Source: an uncultured Bacilli bacterium
GTDB taxonomy: Bacteria > Bacillota_I > Bacilli_A > RF39 > UBA660
NCBI GenBank assembly: GCA_944358825.1
Contig: CALVSA010000001.1
Location: 13,354 to 77,353, forward strand
Length of the DNA stretch: 64,000 nt
Reading direction: 5' to 3'
The notes under the pieces are model-generated. The model ran no database searches. It was not told the DNA's origin and worked only from the letters and a program-made list of their open reading frames with translations. This document shows, piece after piece, positions 1 to 9,368 of this stretch (position 1 is its first letter; the number at the start of each line of letters is the position of its first letter). Position numbers and translations under genes: made by a program.

Positions 1-122
1 ACGGTATTTAAGTTTCTATCTTCTTTTAATGTTTTAGAAAATATTATCAATACAACAACTAGTAGAATTATAATTGCCAAAACTATGTATCGTGGCGATA
101 TTTTTTTATTACGTATCTTCAT
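1..122 (-). CDS. Partial CDS (N-terminal ~40 aa; gene runs off the window start). It is a signal-anchor membrane protein, possibly MreC-like.
   Basis: Reverse-strand ATG at 122-120 is preceded by a GAGGG RBS-like motif. Translation reads MKIRNKKISPRYIVLAIIILLVVVLIIFSKTLKEDRNLNT..., a basic N-terminus followed by one TM helix. This resembles MreC N-termini only by pattern. Confidence 0.3.
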   Translation of the reverse strand, partial: MKIRNKKISPRYIVLAIIILLVVVLIIFSKTLKEDRNLNT

Positions 123-214
123 ATTTATCCCTCATCTATCTATATTATGTATAATATTTTATTTATTATTTGAAATTCCTATAAAATTATATCATTTTTT
201 GGAAAAATTTACAA

Positions 215-892
215 TTAAATTTTATTATTATCGAAATAACTATAATAGTTGTTTTTACCTATTATTAAATGATCTATTAAATGTATTTCATGAAGTAGCC
301 CTATTTCTTTTATTTTATTAGTAATTAAATCATCTGCCCTACTTGGAGTAACGTCTCCTGATGGATGATTGTGTATGCATATAATTGAAGAGGCTGATAA
401 AAGATAGGCTTCTTTAAATATTTCTCTTGGATGTGCGATTGAATAATTAATACTGCCTATAAATAATAATTTTTTAGCAATATATCTTTTTTTATTATCT
501 AAATATATAACATAAAATTCTTCTTGTTTTTTGTCTTTAAATAAATATCCGAAATGATCTACAATGTTTTTAACACTAGTGCATTCTATTAATTGTTCTT
601 CAGTTGTTTTTTGAAATATTCTACGTCCTAATTCTATTGTTGCGATAATTTCGCTAGCTTTAGCTTTTCCTATTCCGGGTATTGTTATTAATTGTTGATA
701 TTTTATATTTTTAAGTTTTGTTATTTCTTTATATTGACTTAATATATCTAAGGCAAGTTCTTTTACGTTTTTATCTTTGGTTCCTGTTTTTAATATTATT
801 GATAAAAGTTCATCATCTGAAATATGTTCAGCTCCATAATTTATTAATCTTTCCCTTGGTTTTAATGTGTCTGGAATGTTTTTAAATTTCAC
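215..892 (-). CDS. radC: RadC-like JAB/MPN-domain protein (UPF0758) with an N-terminal helix-hairpin-helix.
   Basis: JAMM-type motif HNHPSGDVTPSRADDLIT and an N-terminal HhH-like region (IPGIGKAKASEI). Size is typical at 225 aa. Confidence 0.85.
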   Translation of the reverse strand: MKFKNIPDTLKPRERLINYGAEHISDDELLSIILKTGTKDKNVKELALDILSQYKEITKLKNIKYQQLITIPGIGKAKASEIIATIELGRRIFQKTTEEQLIECTSVKNIVDHFGYLFKDKKQEEFYVIYLDNKKRYIAKKLLFIGSINYSIAHPREIFKEAYLLSASSIICIHNHPSGDVTPSRADDLITNKIKEIGLLHEIHLIDHLIIGKNNYYSYFDNNKI

Positions 893-958
893 TGTTAACC
901 TCCTACTTTACTTTTTTTATTTTTTTTACTATTTCTTAATAATTTTTTTTAATAAGTG

Positions 959-967
959 TGATATAAT
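959..967 (+). promoter_or_regulatory. Extended -10 element (TGATATAAT) upstream of the 987 CDS.
   Basis: TGnTATAAT match about 20 nt upstream of the ATG at 987. A strong AAAGGTGG RBS follows, 8 nt before the start. Confidence 0.4.
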
Positions 968-986
968 TAAATAAAGGTGGTGTGAT

Positions 987-1889
987 ATGAAGAAATTAAT
1001 TGTTGGTGTTGGCATTTTTGTTATTATCGTAGTTACTATTGTAACAGTTAAGTGTGATGATATTATTTATTGGTATAATCATTCTTTACATGAAGATGAA
1101 TACGTTAGTATTGTTCCTAATAACTATTTTGTGGAAGATAATTTTTTATATGTTAATAACTATGATAAAAGCGAAATTTTTAACAAAAGACAACTGATTG
1201 ATTTTATTTATTATTTTATTAATTCGGGTGCTGAAAGTATCAAAGGCTATTGTAATAAGGATTATACTGAATGTATTGATGATATTGAATTAATTTCTTC
1301 AGATCAAGAAACCTTATCGATTTTAAATAATTTTGTTCATCCTTATAATAGTTTTTCAGAAATAGAGATTAAATATAATTCTAAAGGCGATTTTACAATA
1401 ACATTAAAAAAATTGTACACTAGCGAGCAAATAAATGCGATTAATAAGGCTGTTGATGATTTTGTAAAAAACAATATTACTAATGATATGAGTGTTAGAG
1501 AGAAATTGAAAGAAGTTCATGATTATATTATCAATACTACTGATTATGATACATATAAGACTGATAATATAAAAGATGATACCTATTTTTCACAAAATGC
1601 TTATGGAGTTTTAGTTGAACATTATGGAATTTGCAGTGGTTATTCAGATGCCATGGCTATATTTTTAAATAAATTGGGAGTTATCAACTATAAAGTTAGT
1701 AACAAAGATCATATTTGGAATTTAGCATTTGTTGATGGAAAGTGGCTACATATTGATCTTACATGGGACGATCCAGTTAGTGAGAGAAATGTTAATCGCG
1801 ATAATTACTTTTTAATTACTACTAAACAATTAAATGCACTTGCTGGTGACTCACATGATTTTAATAAACATATTTTTCAAGAAGCTTAA
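987..1889 (+). CDS. Membrane-anchored protein with a transglutaminase-like cysteine-protease core.
   Basis: N-terminal TM segment. Cys/His/Asp core GICSGYSDAMAIF...DHIWNLAF...HIDLTWDD follows the transglutaminase-like fold pattern. Confidence 0.55.
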   Translation: MKKLIVGVGIFVIIVVTIVTVKCDDIIYWYNHSLHEDEYVSIVPNNYFVEDNFLYVNNYDKSEIFNKRQLIDFIYYFINSGAESIKGYCNKDYTECIDDIELISSDQETLSILNNFVHPYNSFSEIEIKYNSKGDFTITLKKLYTSEQINAINKAVDDFVKNNITNDMSVREKLKEVHDYIINTTDYDTYKTDNIKDDTYFSQNAYGVLVEHYGICSGYSDAMAIFLNKLGVINYKVSNKDHIWNLAFVDGKWLHIDLTWDDPVSERNVNRDNYFLITTKQLNALAGDSHDFNKHIFQEA

Positions 1890-1902
1890 AGGCTTCTTTT
1901 AA
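1881..1902 (+). terminator. Rho-independent terminator.
   Basis: Hairpin GAAGCTTAAAGGCTTC overlaps the stop codon and is followed by TTTTAACTTTTT. Confidence 0.4.
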
Positions 1903-1943
1903 CTTTTTCTTAGCTTAGGAATATAATATTATAGGTGGTTTGT

Positions 1944-2144
1944 ATGTTTAATAAGTTATTAAATCTTTGTCGTTTTTGGGTTGGACTTCGTTTAGTAGGA
2001 TTAATCGCGTGTTTAATTTTAATAATTATTACTTTATATCAAATGATATTAACACTTTTTGTTCCTTGTTTTGCAAATGTTTTGATACTATTAATTGAAT
2101 TTGTTACTCTTCTTTGTATTAGCTTTTGGATAATTTTCTGTTGA
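1944..2144 (+). CDS. Small, very hydrophobic two-TM peptide. Probable start is the ATG at 1944; the ORF track began at an upstream GTG.
   Basis: AGGTGG RBS about 8 nt upstream of ATG 1944. The 66 aa are almost all hydrophobic. This may be a real small membrane protein, but AT-rich sequence gives such ORFs easily. Confidence 0.25.
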   Translation: MFNKLLNLCRFWVGLRLVGLIACLILIIITLYQMILTLFVPCFANVLILLIEFVTLLCISFWIIFC

Positions 2145-2160
2145 AAAAACATTAGAACTT

Positions 2161-3054
2161 CTAATGTTTTGGTTGGTCATAAGTAGTTATTAAATTCTCA
2201 CTTTTATACAAATAATCAAAAAAGTGACTGCTTTTTACACATAAATTATATTCTGTATCATTTAGTTCTAATTTATCTGGAATTGCTATTAATATAAATA
2301 ATAATAGTTTTTCTTCTTCCAACAGTAAATATCTACTTTCATATATATGAAACAAGTCTATGAAATCAAAATCTAGATAATGATTTTTATAAAAACATAA
2401 TAAATCATAAATTGGCATATCTGTCTTATTTTTATTCCAACTAATAAGATAAGGTTTGTCTTTTTTTAGTATGTGATCAATACAAACGTTATTGTGAATG
2501 GTTGCAACACGCATTCTTTTTTTATCTTTAATTAGTTCATACCATTTTTCGATTCCATCTTGGCAAAACTTTATTGTTTCATATACTTTGGTTATATTTC
2601 TTGCTATTAAATAATTAGAAGGAGACATATAAACATCTTTTTCTATTATTGCAATAATATCATTATAATAGTTATATAAATATTCTAATCTATAATTAAC
2701 ATTTTCATATATTTCTTTGTAATAATCGAAATCTACTTCTTTATAAAAAGTAGTTTTATTATGTAATAATGACAATACATACATTATATCAATTGCTTTT
2801 TGTTCAATTGGCTCATCAATATCATCGATATATTCATATATTTCGTATTCATCATTTTCATCAACTTTTTCTGGAAAATAATCAAAAGCTCGTGATTTTA
2901 AATATTTATATACATTGTTTATATTTTTACTAGTTTTTTTCTTTATTGCAAAAGTTCCTTTAGGTGTATTAATTATTCTAACGTTGTTTTTTAAAGTTAT
3001 TTTTTTACACGATAAATTATTTTTAGTAATCAATTTACGAAGTTCATTATCCAT
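2161..3054 (-). CDS. ysxE: YsxE/CotS-like protein with an aminoglycoside-phosphotransferase/kinase fold and degenerate catalytic motifs.
   Basis: Kinase-fold layout. The catalytic-loop-like segment is IHNNVCIDHILKKD and an SWN segment stands where DFG would be. The gene sits immediately downstream of the spoVID-like gene with an 8-nt overlap, as in the Bacillus spoVID-ysxE operon. Confidence 0.5.
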   Translation of the reverse strand: MDNELRKLITKNNLSCKKITLKNNVRIINTPKGTFAIKKKTSKNINNVYKYLKSRAFDYFPEKVDENDEYEIYEYIDDIDEPIEQKAIDIMYVLSLLHNKTTFYKEVDFDYYKEIYENVNYRLEYLYNYYNDIIAIIEKDVYMSPSNYLIARNITKVYETIKFCQDGIEKWYELIKDKKRMRVATIHNNVCIDHILKKDKPYLISWNKNKTDMPIYDLLCFYKNHYLDFDFIDLFHIYESRYLLLEEEKLLLFILIAIPDKLELNDTEYNLCVKSSHFFDYLYKSENLITTYDQPKH

Positions 3055-3817
3055 TGTATATAGTTGGAATGATTATTTTGTCTCCTGTTTTTAAATCTTC
3101 AAGATTGTTATATGCATTAAGTGCTTCTTTAGTGACAGTATATTTTTCCATTATTTTTTCAATGTTGTCTTCCTCTTTTAATATATATACATAATATGTT
3201 GCATATGTTTCATTGTCATCTATATTATCAAATATATTAAACTCTTTAGTTTTACTCACTTCTTTGTTATTTGTATTTTCTACCGTTTGATTTATATTAG
3301 TATTTTCATTATTTCTAGTTGGTTCTAAAACTTCTAAATTTTGAACTTTTTCTTTGTCTTTTTTTGTTTCTTCTTCTCTTACTTCTTCTAAATTTTGTTC
3401 TTTTATTTGTGTTTCTGGTTTTATATCTATTATTTTATGTTCTTTTATTATTTCTTCTGGTTTTGTTTCAATTATTTCTTCTTTTAATAATTCCCCATCA
3501 ATAAACAAATCTATTTTTATTTTCAATATTTCATCATTTACTATTCTATAAGTAAAATCATCAATATCTATTACCATATTTTTAGTATCATAACGACTAT
3601 CTAGTGCTATATCAAAATCAACATCATATGAAAACTTCTCACGATTTATACTTCCTTCAGTCATTTTGTAATCACCGCTTATGTGAAAAATTCCACTGAT
3701 AAGATCATCTTCGACTGTATTTATTTTATGTTCTAGGGAAATAGAAGTAATTTCACAAACTTTAGTTTTAAATAACAACTCCTTTTCAAAAGGAATAATT
3801 TTTTTAATAAGTATCAC
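3047..3817 (-). CDS. spoVID: SpoVID-like spore-coat morphogenetic protein: N-terminal SpoVID domain, acidic E/K-rich middle, C-terminal LysM.
   Basis: N-terminal segments ISLEHKINTVEDDLISGIFHISGDY and FTYRIVNDEILKIKIDLFIDGELL align by eye to B. subtilis SpoVID (ISLDPDIRVQEV...IIGSLELTGEY, ...LTDSRILTIQADLAIEGLL). A C-terminal LysM is present (YATYYVYILKEEDNIEKI...GDKIIIPT). Confidence 0.7.
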   Translation of the reverse strand: MILIKKIIPFEKELLFKTKVCEITSISLEHKINTVEDDLISGIFHISGDYKMTEGSINREKFSYDVDFDIALDSRYDTKNMVIDIDDFTYRIVNDEILKIKIDLFIDGELLKEEIIETKPEEIIKEHKIIDIKPETQIKEQNLEEVREEETKKDKEKVQNLEVLEPTRNNENTNINQTVENTNNKEVSKTKEFNIFDNIDDNETYATYYVYILKEEDNIEKIMEKYTVTKEALNAYNNLEDLKTGDKIIIPTIYNG

Positions 3818-3858
3818 ACCCTTTCATTAAAGGATATGATTTTTTTATCGTTTTTATA

Positions 3859-6800
3859 CTATATTTTCTTTATCTTGTTATTGATAATTGAATATAGATA
3901 AATGTTTATATTTTTATTTGTTTTAGTTTTTATAAAATCACGATAGCCATTTAATTGTTTAAAGTAATTTTCATCTTCGATTTGTTTAAGTTTATAATCA
4001 ATTATATCAATATGATCTTTATATTCGAGCATTAAATCTATTATTCCATGATATTCTATATTGTTAATTTCATATATAAATTCATATTCATGATATATAT
4101 TAGCGTTTTTTATATCCTTTAGTATTGGTTGATTTATGAAGTCTAATATTTTGCTATTTATGAATTTATCTTCAATTGGTTTCGGATTTTTAAAATCAAA
4201 GTTTTCTAGATATTCATGAAATTTTAATCCTAATTCAATATTATTTAATTCTTCTTTACTAAATATTTGGTTAGTTTTTTTAGAATAACTTTGATTAGTT
4301 ATTTTATCTTTAGATAATTTAATTTGTTCTATTTCTATTTTTTTAGAAGTACTATTTATCTTTTCTTGGTAATTAGTTGTTTTTATTAAATCATAATCTT
4401 TTGATATATTTATCTTATCTAAATTTATCTCTTTAGCGTATGGTTCTAATTTGTAATAAATTGATCTAATAATATCTAAAAATGAACGATAAGTATTTCT
4501 TATACTATCAGGAATAACTACTTTATTAGTATAGTAGCTTTCTTCTTGTTTGGGCATTATCATAATCATTTTTTCTTTGGCACGTGTTACAGCTACATAA
4601 AATAATCTTATTTTTTCGGATATTTCTTCTTTTATATAATTATCTTTAACTAACTCCTTATAAAATGTTGTTTCTAATCCATCATCTATAAATGGAGATA
4701 TTATTCCATAGTTAATGTCATAAATAAACTTTTCGTTTAAATCACTAATATTAAATTTATTATATAAGTTAGCAAAATAACATATATGATATTCTAATCC
4801 TTTAGATTTATGTATTGTCATTATTTTTACTGCGTCTCCATAATCGTTATTAAGTGTATAAGTCATTTTATAATCTTCTTTTATCATTTTATTTAAATAA
4901 TCAGAAAAATCATATACTGTATAACCTAAGTTGTTTAAATCTTGGCTTATTTTTAAAATATTTTCTATTTTGATTATACTCTCCTCTACACTGCCAATGG
5001 TAATTAACTTTTCATAAAAACTGTATTTATCTAATAGTAATCGAATAAAATCAGCACTATTTAAAATATCTAATTCTTCAGTTAATGAATTTGCAATAAT
5101 AAATGGTTTAGTTATATAAAAGGAATTATTTAAAAATGTATTAAATATCTCATCATCATCTATTTTAAATAGAAAACTTCTAGCTATACTTGTATATAAG
5201 TATTTAAACTCTTTATCATATTCTTTTTTCTTAATTTTAATAATAAATTTTAATAAATTATTTAACACATAAATATCTTGAGAATTATTTATTTTTTCGT
5301 CTTTTAATATATTAAGTGGTACTTTCATATATTCAAATATTTTTTTAAAAAGATCAAACTTACTTGAACGATCAAGTAATATAACAAAATCATTATAAGT
5401 AATTGGTCTTAAAATACCTTCGTCTTTATCAAATACCAAATATTTATTATTTACTTTATCGATTATATCACTCGCAATTATAAAACACTCTATTTCATCT
5501 TTTGTGAAATTATCTGTATTTATATATTCTAATAATTCTAGATTATTATTTTGATTAGTTTTACCTGCTTCTAAATACGTATTGTTTCCAAAAACCATTT
5601 GATGATCTTTGATATAGTCTGCTCCTCCTATTTTATCATCCATAATAAGGTTAAATATTAAGTTAATATTATCTAAAACTTCTAATCGTGAACGAAAATT
5701 TTTGTTTAGATCAATTTTATAACCACTTATATTTTTGGCATAATTATCATACTTATTTTTAAATATATATGGATTTGCATTACGAAAGCGATAGATTGAT
5801 TGTTTTATATCTCCAACCATATAAACGTTATTGTTGGCAATATAGCTTACAAACTCTTCTTGTAAATCACTTGTATCTTGATATTCATCGATCATAATCT
5901 CTTTAAATTTATTTTTTATTTCTTCTCTAACGTTAGGATATTCTTTTACTAATTTAATTGATAAATTAGCAATATCACTAAATTCATAAATATCATTTTC
6001 ATATTTATATTTCATAAGTTTATCATGAAGTGTTAATAATATTTTACATATTGCTTCTAAATATTTTTTAGTAGAAAAATAACTTTCTTTTAAATAGTTA
6101 GCATCATCATATCTACATAAATTATTTATTACAGATATTTTTTTAGTTAGTTTTTCTTTTTCTTTTTTTAATTCCTCACTACTACCAGTTTCTAATCTTG
6201 GTAATTTAAAATTTATGTTGTTCTTAATTTCTTCATAGTTATTACTATTAAAAAGAGGATCTAGAGTTATTTGTAGTTTTTGCATGTACTCACTACTAGC
6301 ATAGTTAGAAATATCTATTAATATTAATTTTAAATCTTGGATGTGTTGTTTTATTAATTTTATATAATATTCTATATCTTTTTCTACTCTATTACTGTTA
6401 TAAAATTTATTTATATATTCTTCTAAATATTGCTCTTTATTTGGTAACATATCTAATTTGTTATTAATGGTTAATATTTGCTTTTTTATCTCTTCGTCAT
6501 CTTTAATACAAAAATCATTAATCAAACTAATAAAATTAGCATCTTGTTCTTTATATAAATCTTCAAATATTTCATCAATTATTTCTTCTTTTTTTAAAGT
6601 TATTATCGTATTATCAACTATTCCAATATTATTTGATACATTTAATAGATAGTGATATTTTTTTACAACAGATAAAGCAAAACTATCGAAAGTTGTAATA
6701 TAGGCAGCATCAATTAACTTTAGTTGCTCAAGTAAGTCTTTGTCTTTTTTGATTTTTTTTCTTATTCTTTCTTTCATCTCACTTGCAGCTGCTTTTGTAA

Positions 6801-6963
6801 ATGTCATTATTAAAAGCTCATCAATATTGACATTATTTTTTAGTTTTCTAATCACTCTTTCTGATAAAACTGCAGTTTTTCCTGAACCTGCGCCTGCGCT
6901 TACAATAATGTTTGTATTATCTTTGTTAATAGCATCACTTTGTTCTTTGGTCCAAACAGGCAT
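3859..6963 (-). CDS. addA: ATP-dependent helicase/nuclease subunit A (AddA/RexA), compact form.
   Basis: N-terminal UvrD motif I WTKEQSDAI...SAGAGSGKTAVL and a C-terminal RecB-family nuclease motif GIIDLMLEYKDHIDIIDYK. It lies downstream of addB and overlaps it by 1 nt. Confidence 0.85.
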   Translation of the reverse strand: MPVWTKEQSDAINKDNTNIIVSAGAGSGKTAVLSERVIRKLKNNVNIDELLIMTFTKAAASEMKERIRKKIKKDKDLLEQLKLIDAAYITTFDSFALSVVKKYHYLLNVSNNIGIVDNTIITLKKEEIIDEIFEDLYKEQDANFISLINDFCIKDDEEIKKQILTINNKLDMLPNKEQYLEEYINKFYNSNRVEKDIEYYIKLIKQHIQDLKLILIDISNYASSEYMQKLQITLDPLFNSNNYEEIKNNINFKLPRLETGSSEELKKEKEKLTKKISVINNLCRYDDANYLKESYFSTKKYLEAICKILLTLHDKLMKYKYENDIYEFSDIANLSIKLVKEYPNVREEIKNKFKEIMIDEYQDTSDLQEEFVSYIANNNVYMVGDIKQSIYRFRNANPYIFKNKYDNYAKNISGYKIDLNKNFRSRLEVLDNINLIFNLIMDDKIGGADYIKDHQMVFGNNTYLEAGKTNQNNNLELLEYINTDNFTKDEIECFIIASDIIDKVNNKYLVFDKDEGILRPITYNDFVILLDRSSKFDLFKKIFEYMKVPLNILKDEKINNSQDIYVLNNLLKFIIKIKKKEYDKEFKYLYTSIARSFLFKIDDDEIFNTFLNNSFYITKPFIIANSLTEELDILNSADFIRLLLDKYSFYEKLITIGSVEESIIKIENILKISQDLNNLGYTVYDFSDYLNKMIKEDYKMTYTLNNDYGDAVKIMTIHKSKGLEYHICYFANLYNKFNISDLNEKFIYDINYGIISPFIDDGLETTFYKELVKDNYIKEEISEKIRLFYVAVTRAKEKMIMIMPKQEESYYTNKVVIPDSIRNTYRSFLDIIRSIYYKLEPYAKEINLDKINISKDYDLIKTTNYQEKINSTSKKIEIEQIKLSKDKITNQSYSKKTNQIFSKEELNNIELGLKFHEYLENFDFKNPKPIEDKFINSKILDFINQPILKDIKNANIYHEYEFIYEINNIEYHGIIDLMLEYKDHIDIIDYKLKQIEDENYFKQLNGYRDFIKTKTNKNINIYLYSIINNKIKKI

Positions 6964-9347
6964 TATTCTACCTCCTTTAGTATTTCTTCTAGTTTGATTT
7001 CTTTTAGTTTTACTAAGTCTTTATTTTGCTTAAAACATATATCATAAAACTGACAGTATTTACATGATTTATTATCATTACCTATTATTTTAGGATTGAT
7101 TTCAAACTTTGCATTTTTAATATTTAAAATAGCAGTTTCTATATTCTTTTCGACAATTTCTTCTAGTTTTTTAATTTCTTTTTCTTCAAGTACTTTAGCG
7201 TAATGTGAAAAACTTCCATCTTTAGTAGTAGACATACTACCTATTACTTCACTTTTTATATAACTATCGTCAAACTCTTCTAATAGTTTTTGATTAGAAA
7301 TACTATAACCGTTTAACTTTAAATTTGCTTCTTCTAAGGCTAGTTTTGTTTTTTTATAATCCTTATTTATTATAGGATGTAGTAATTTTTGTAAATAAAA
7401 TCCCACTATCTTTTTTTCTTTGATGTTATCTATATTATTTGCTAAATATAAATAAATTGGTAGTTGCATATCTAGCCCATATATTATATTAGATAAATTA
7501 ATATCTGTACTACCTGTTTTATAATCGATAATACTCATTAGTATTTCTTTATCTGTTTCTTTATACATTAATTTATCAATAACACCCATAAATGTTACGG
7601 ATAAGTCATCTATATTTTTTTCTATAAGTACTTTTTCTTCATATAAAGCTTTATCAAAAGTTGTATGTTTATACTGCTTTTTAATTGTACTTATTATAAA
7701 CTCTAAATCTTTTTTTAGTTTAGTTAAGAAAAACTTTTCTTTTTCATTAAATTCATAATCTATGTTTTTAAGAAAGTTATCGTATTCTAAATCGAAATCA
7801 AAATTACTAGAAAATGCTTTTGATAAGACATAATGAAATACTTCTCCAATAATTGTCATGTATGTTTTAGTATATGGAAGTAACTTTAGTATATTAGATA
7901 AATAATATTTAAAAGCACATTCATAATAGTTATTAAGAGCTGTATATGATAATAGTAATTTATTATTTATGTATTTTGATAGTTTTTTAGGAGCAATTTG
8001 TAAATATGAATTATCATAAGATAAATAATTTATATTACTATAAGTATTATATAGTTTATCTATACTATCATCATAAACATTATATTTTACTAATTTATCT
8101 AATGACATTGCTAATTTTAACTCATTATATTTATTTGAATATTTATAGTCGATATGATTATTTTTTATAATTTCGTAATTCAACAAGTCATTTAAATTGG
8201 ATATTAAATAACTATCATTATTATCATATAATTTATAGGTTATAATTAAGTTTTTTATTTGTTTAATTCTTTTTATTATTGCTTTTTCAGTTACACTATT
8301 TTTTTGATGTGAAGTTTCTATATTTAATAATTCTAATTCTTTATCGGTTAAAAATTCTTCATCTTTATATATATGTGGAATGATTTTTTGATTAAATCCT
8401 AGTAGAAATACATAGTTTTCTTCTTTTATTAAACTATCAAATAAACTTATTATTTTTATTTCTTCTTGATATGGTTCATCTTTTATTTTATTTCTTTTTA
8501 AATCATACTTAATCATATCTTTAATTATTTTCTTATCATTATATGAGTTAATTATTTTTACTAGTTCGTTATATACTAAAAGATTATTTTTTTTATCAAG
8601 ATCAAAGTTATTTTTAATTAATTCTATAGTTTTGGTTACATCATCATCCAAATTTTCAAGAAAATATTTGCCTATTGGACTAATATCTAATGATATTTCT
8701 TTTCTTATCGATGTATTTAAATTAAATAGTGAAAATATAAAGTTTATTTGATCGTAATAACTTTTGTCTTCCACGATTAGTTTTATATTATTAATATTAA
8801 CTTTATTTATCAATAACTTTGTAATTTCTGTTGCAATATATACTATTTCATCTTTTATGTTTATAAATTCATATATTTTATGCTTATATTCTTCTATTGG
8901 TTCTTCTATTATGTTTACTTTGTGCTTGCTTTTTAAAGTATTAATTATTTTTTGTTGGTAATTAGTTAAATAAGTATATCCATATATTGTAATATTTTCA
9001 TACAATATGTAATCTAAATTATTAATTGTTATTAGTTTTTGTTCTAATAGTTCTTTTTTTATTGTTAATAAATTATTTAATTTCTGATTATGATAATCTT
9101 TATTTTCTAAATAGCGCATACTATTTAAATATACTATAGCTACTTCATATTTGTAATTATATTTTTGCATCAAATATAATATTGCTTCTTTATCATAGCT
9201 AAATAATTTTTGTTCTAATTCTTCAAAACTAATGTATTTAATATTTAGAAATTTATCTTGCTTACTTATTTCTTTTATTAATTCTTTTTTTATTGTTATT
9301 GGAACAACTAATAATGTATTATCTTTTATGTTTTCTACTATTTTCAT
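6963..9347 (-). CDS. addB: ATP-dependent helicase/nuclease subunit B (AddB/RexB), compact form.
   Basis: RecB-type nuclease motif GVIDKLMYKE...IIDYKTGS and a C-terminal Cys cluster (CKYCQFYDIC) typical of the AddB Fe-S domain. There is no N-terminal Walker A. The gene lies upstream of addA. Confidence 0.8.
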   Translation of the reverse strand: MKIVENIKDNTLLVVPITIKKELIKEISKQDKFLNIKYISFEELEQKLFSYDKEAILYLMQKYNYKYEVAIVYLNSMRYLENKDYHNQKLNNLLTIKKELLEQKLITINNLDYILYENITIYGYTYLTNYQQKIINTLKSKHKVNIIEEPIEEYKHKIYEFINIKDEIVYIATEITKLLINKVNINNIKLIVEDKSYYDQINFIFSLFNLNTSIRKEISLDISPIGKYFLENLDDDVTKTIELIKNNFDLDKKNNLLVYNELVKIINSYNDKKIIKDMIKYDLKRNKIKDEPYQEEIKIISLFDSLIKEENYVFLLGFNQKIIPHIYKDEEFLTDKELELLNIETSHQKNSVTEKAIIKRIKQIKNLIITYKLYDNNDSYLISNLNDLLNYEIIKNNHIDYKYSNKYNELKLAMSLDKLVKYNVYDDSIDKLYNTYSNINYLSYDNSYLQIAPKKLSKYINNKLLLSYTALNNYYECAFKYYLSNILKLLPYTKTYMTIIGEVFHYVLSKAFSSNFDFDLEYDNFLKNIDYEFNEKEKFFLTKLKKDLEFIISTIKKQYKHTTFDKALYEEKVLIEKNIDDLSVTFMGVIDKLMYKETDKEILMSIIDYKTGSTDINLSNIIYGLDMQLPIYLYLANNIDNIKEKKIVGFYLQKLLHPIINKDYKKTKLALEEANLKLNGYSISNQKLLEEFDDSYIKSEVIGSMSTTKDGSFSHYAKVLEEKEIKKLEEIVEKNIETAILNIKNAKFEINPKIIGNDNKSCKYCQFYDICFKQNKDLVKLKEIKLEEILKEVE

Positions 9348-9368
9348 ATAACTTCCTCTACATTCTTG

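Noticed and set aside
85-321. 78-aa plus-strand ORF from the six-frame track.
   Set aside because: It overlaps the 3' end of radC on the opposite strand. It is low-complexity and hydrophobic, and the same region is better explained by the minus-strand partial gene starting at 122. Likely spurious.
3319-3551. Antisense ORFs (61 and 65 aa) inside the spoVID-like gene. Similar antisense ORFs occur at 6458-6652, 8764-8961, 12937-13221, 22608-23150, 40899-41330, 59448-59720 and elsewhere.
   Set aside because: Leu/Phe/Ser/Ile-rich translations of the complementary strand of AT-rich coding sequence. All are fully embedded in well-supported genes. None is annotated.
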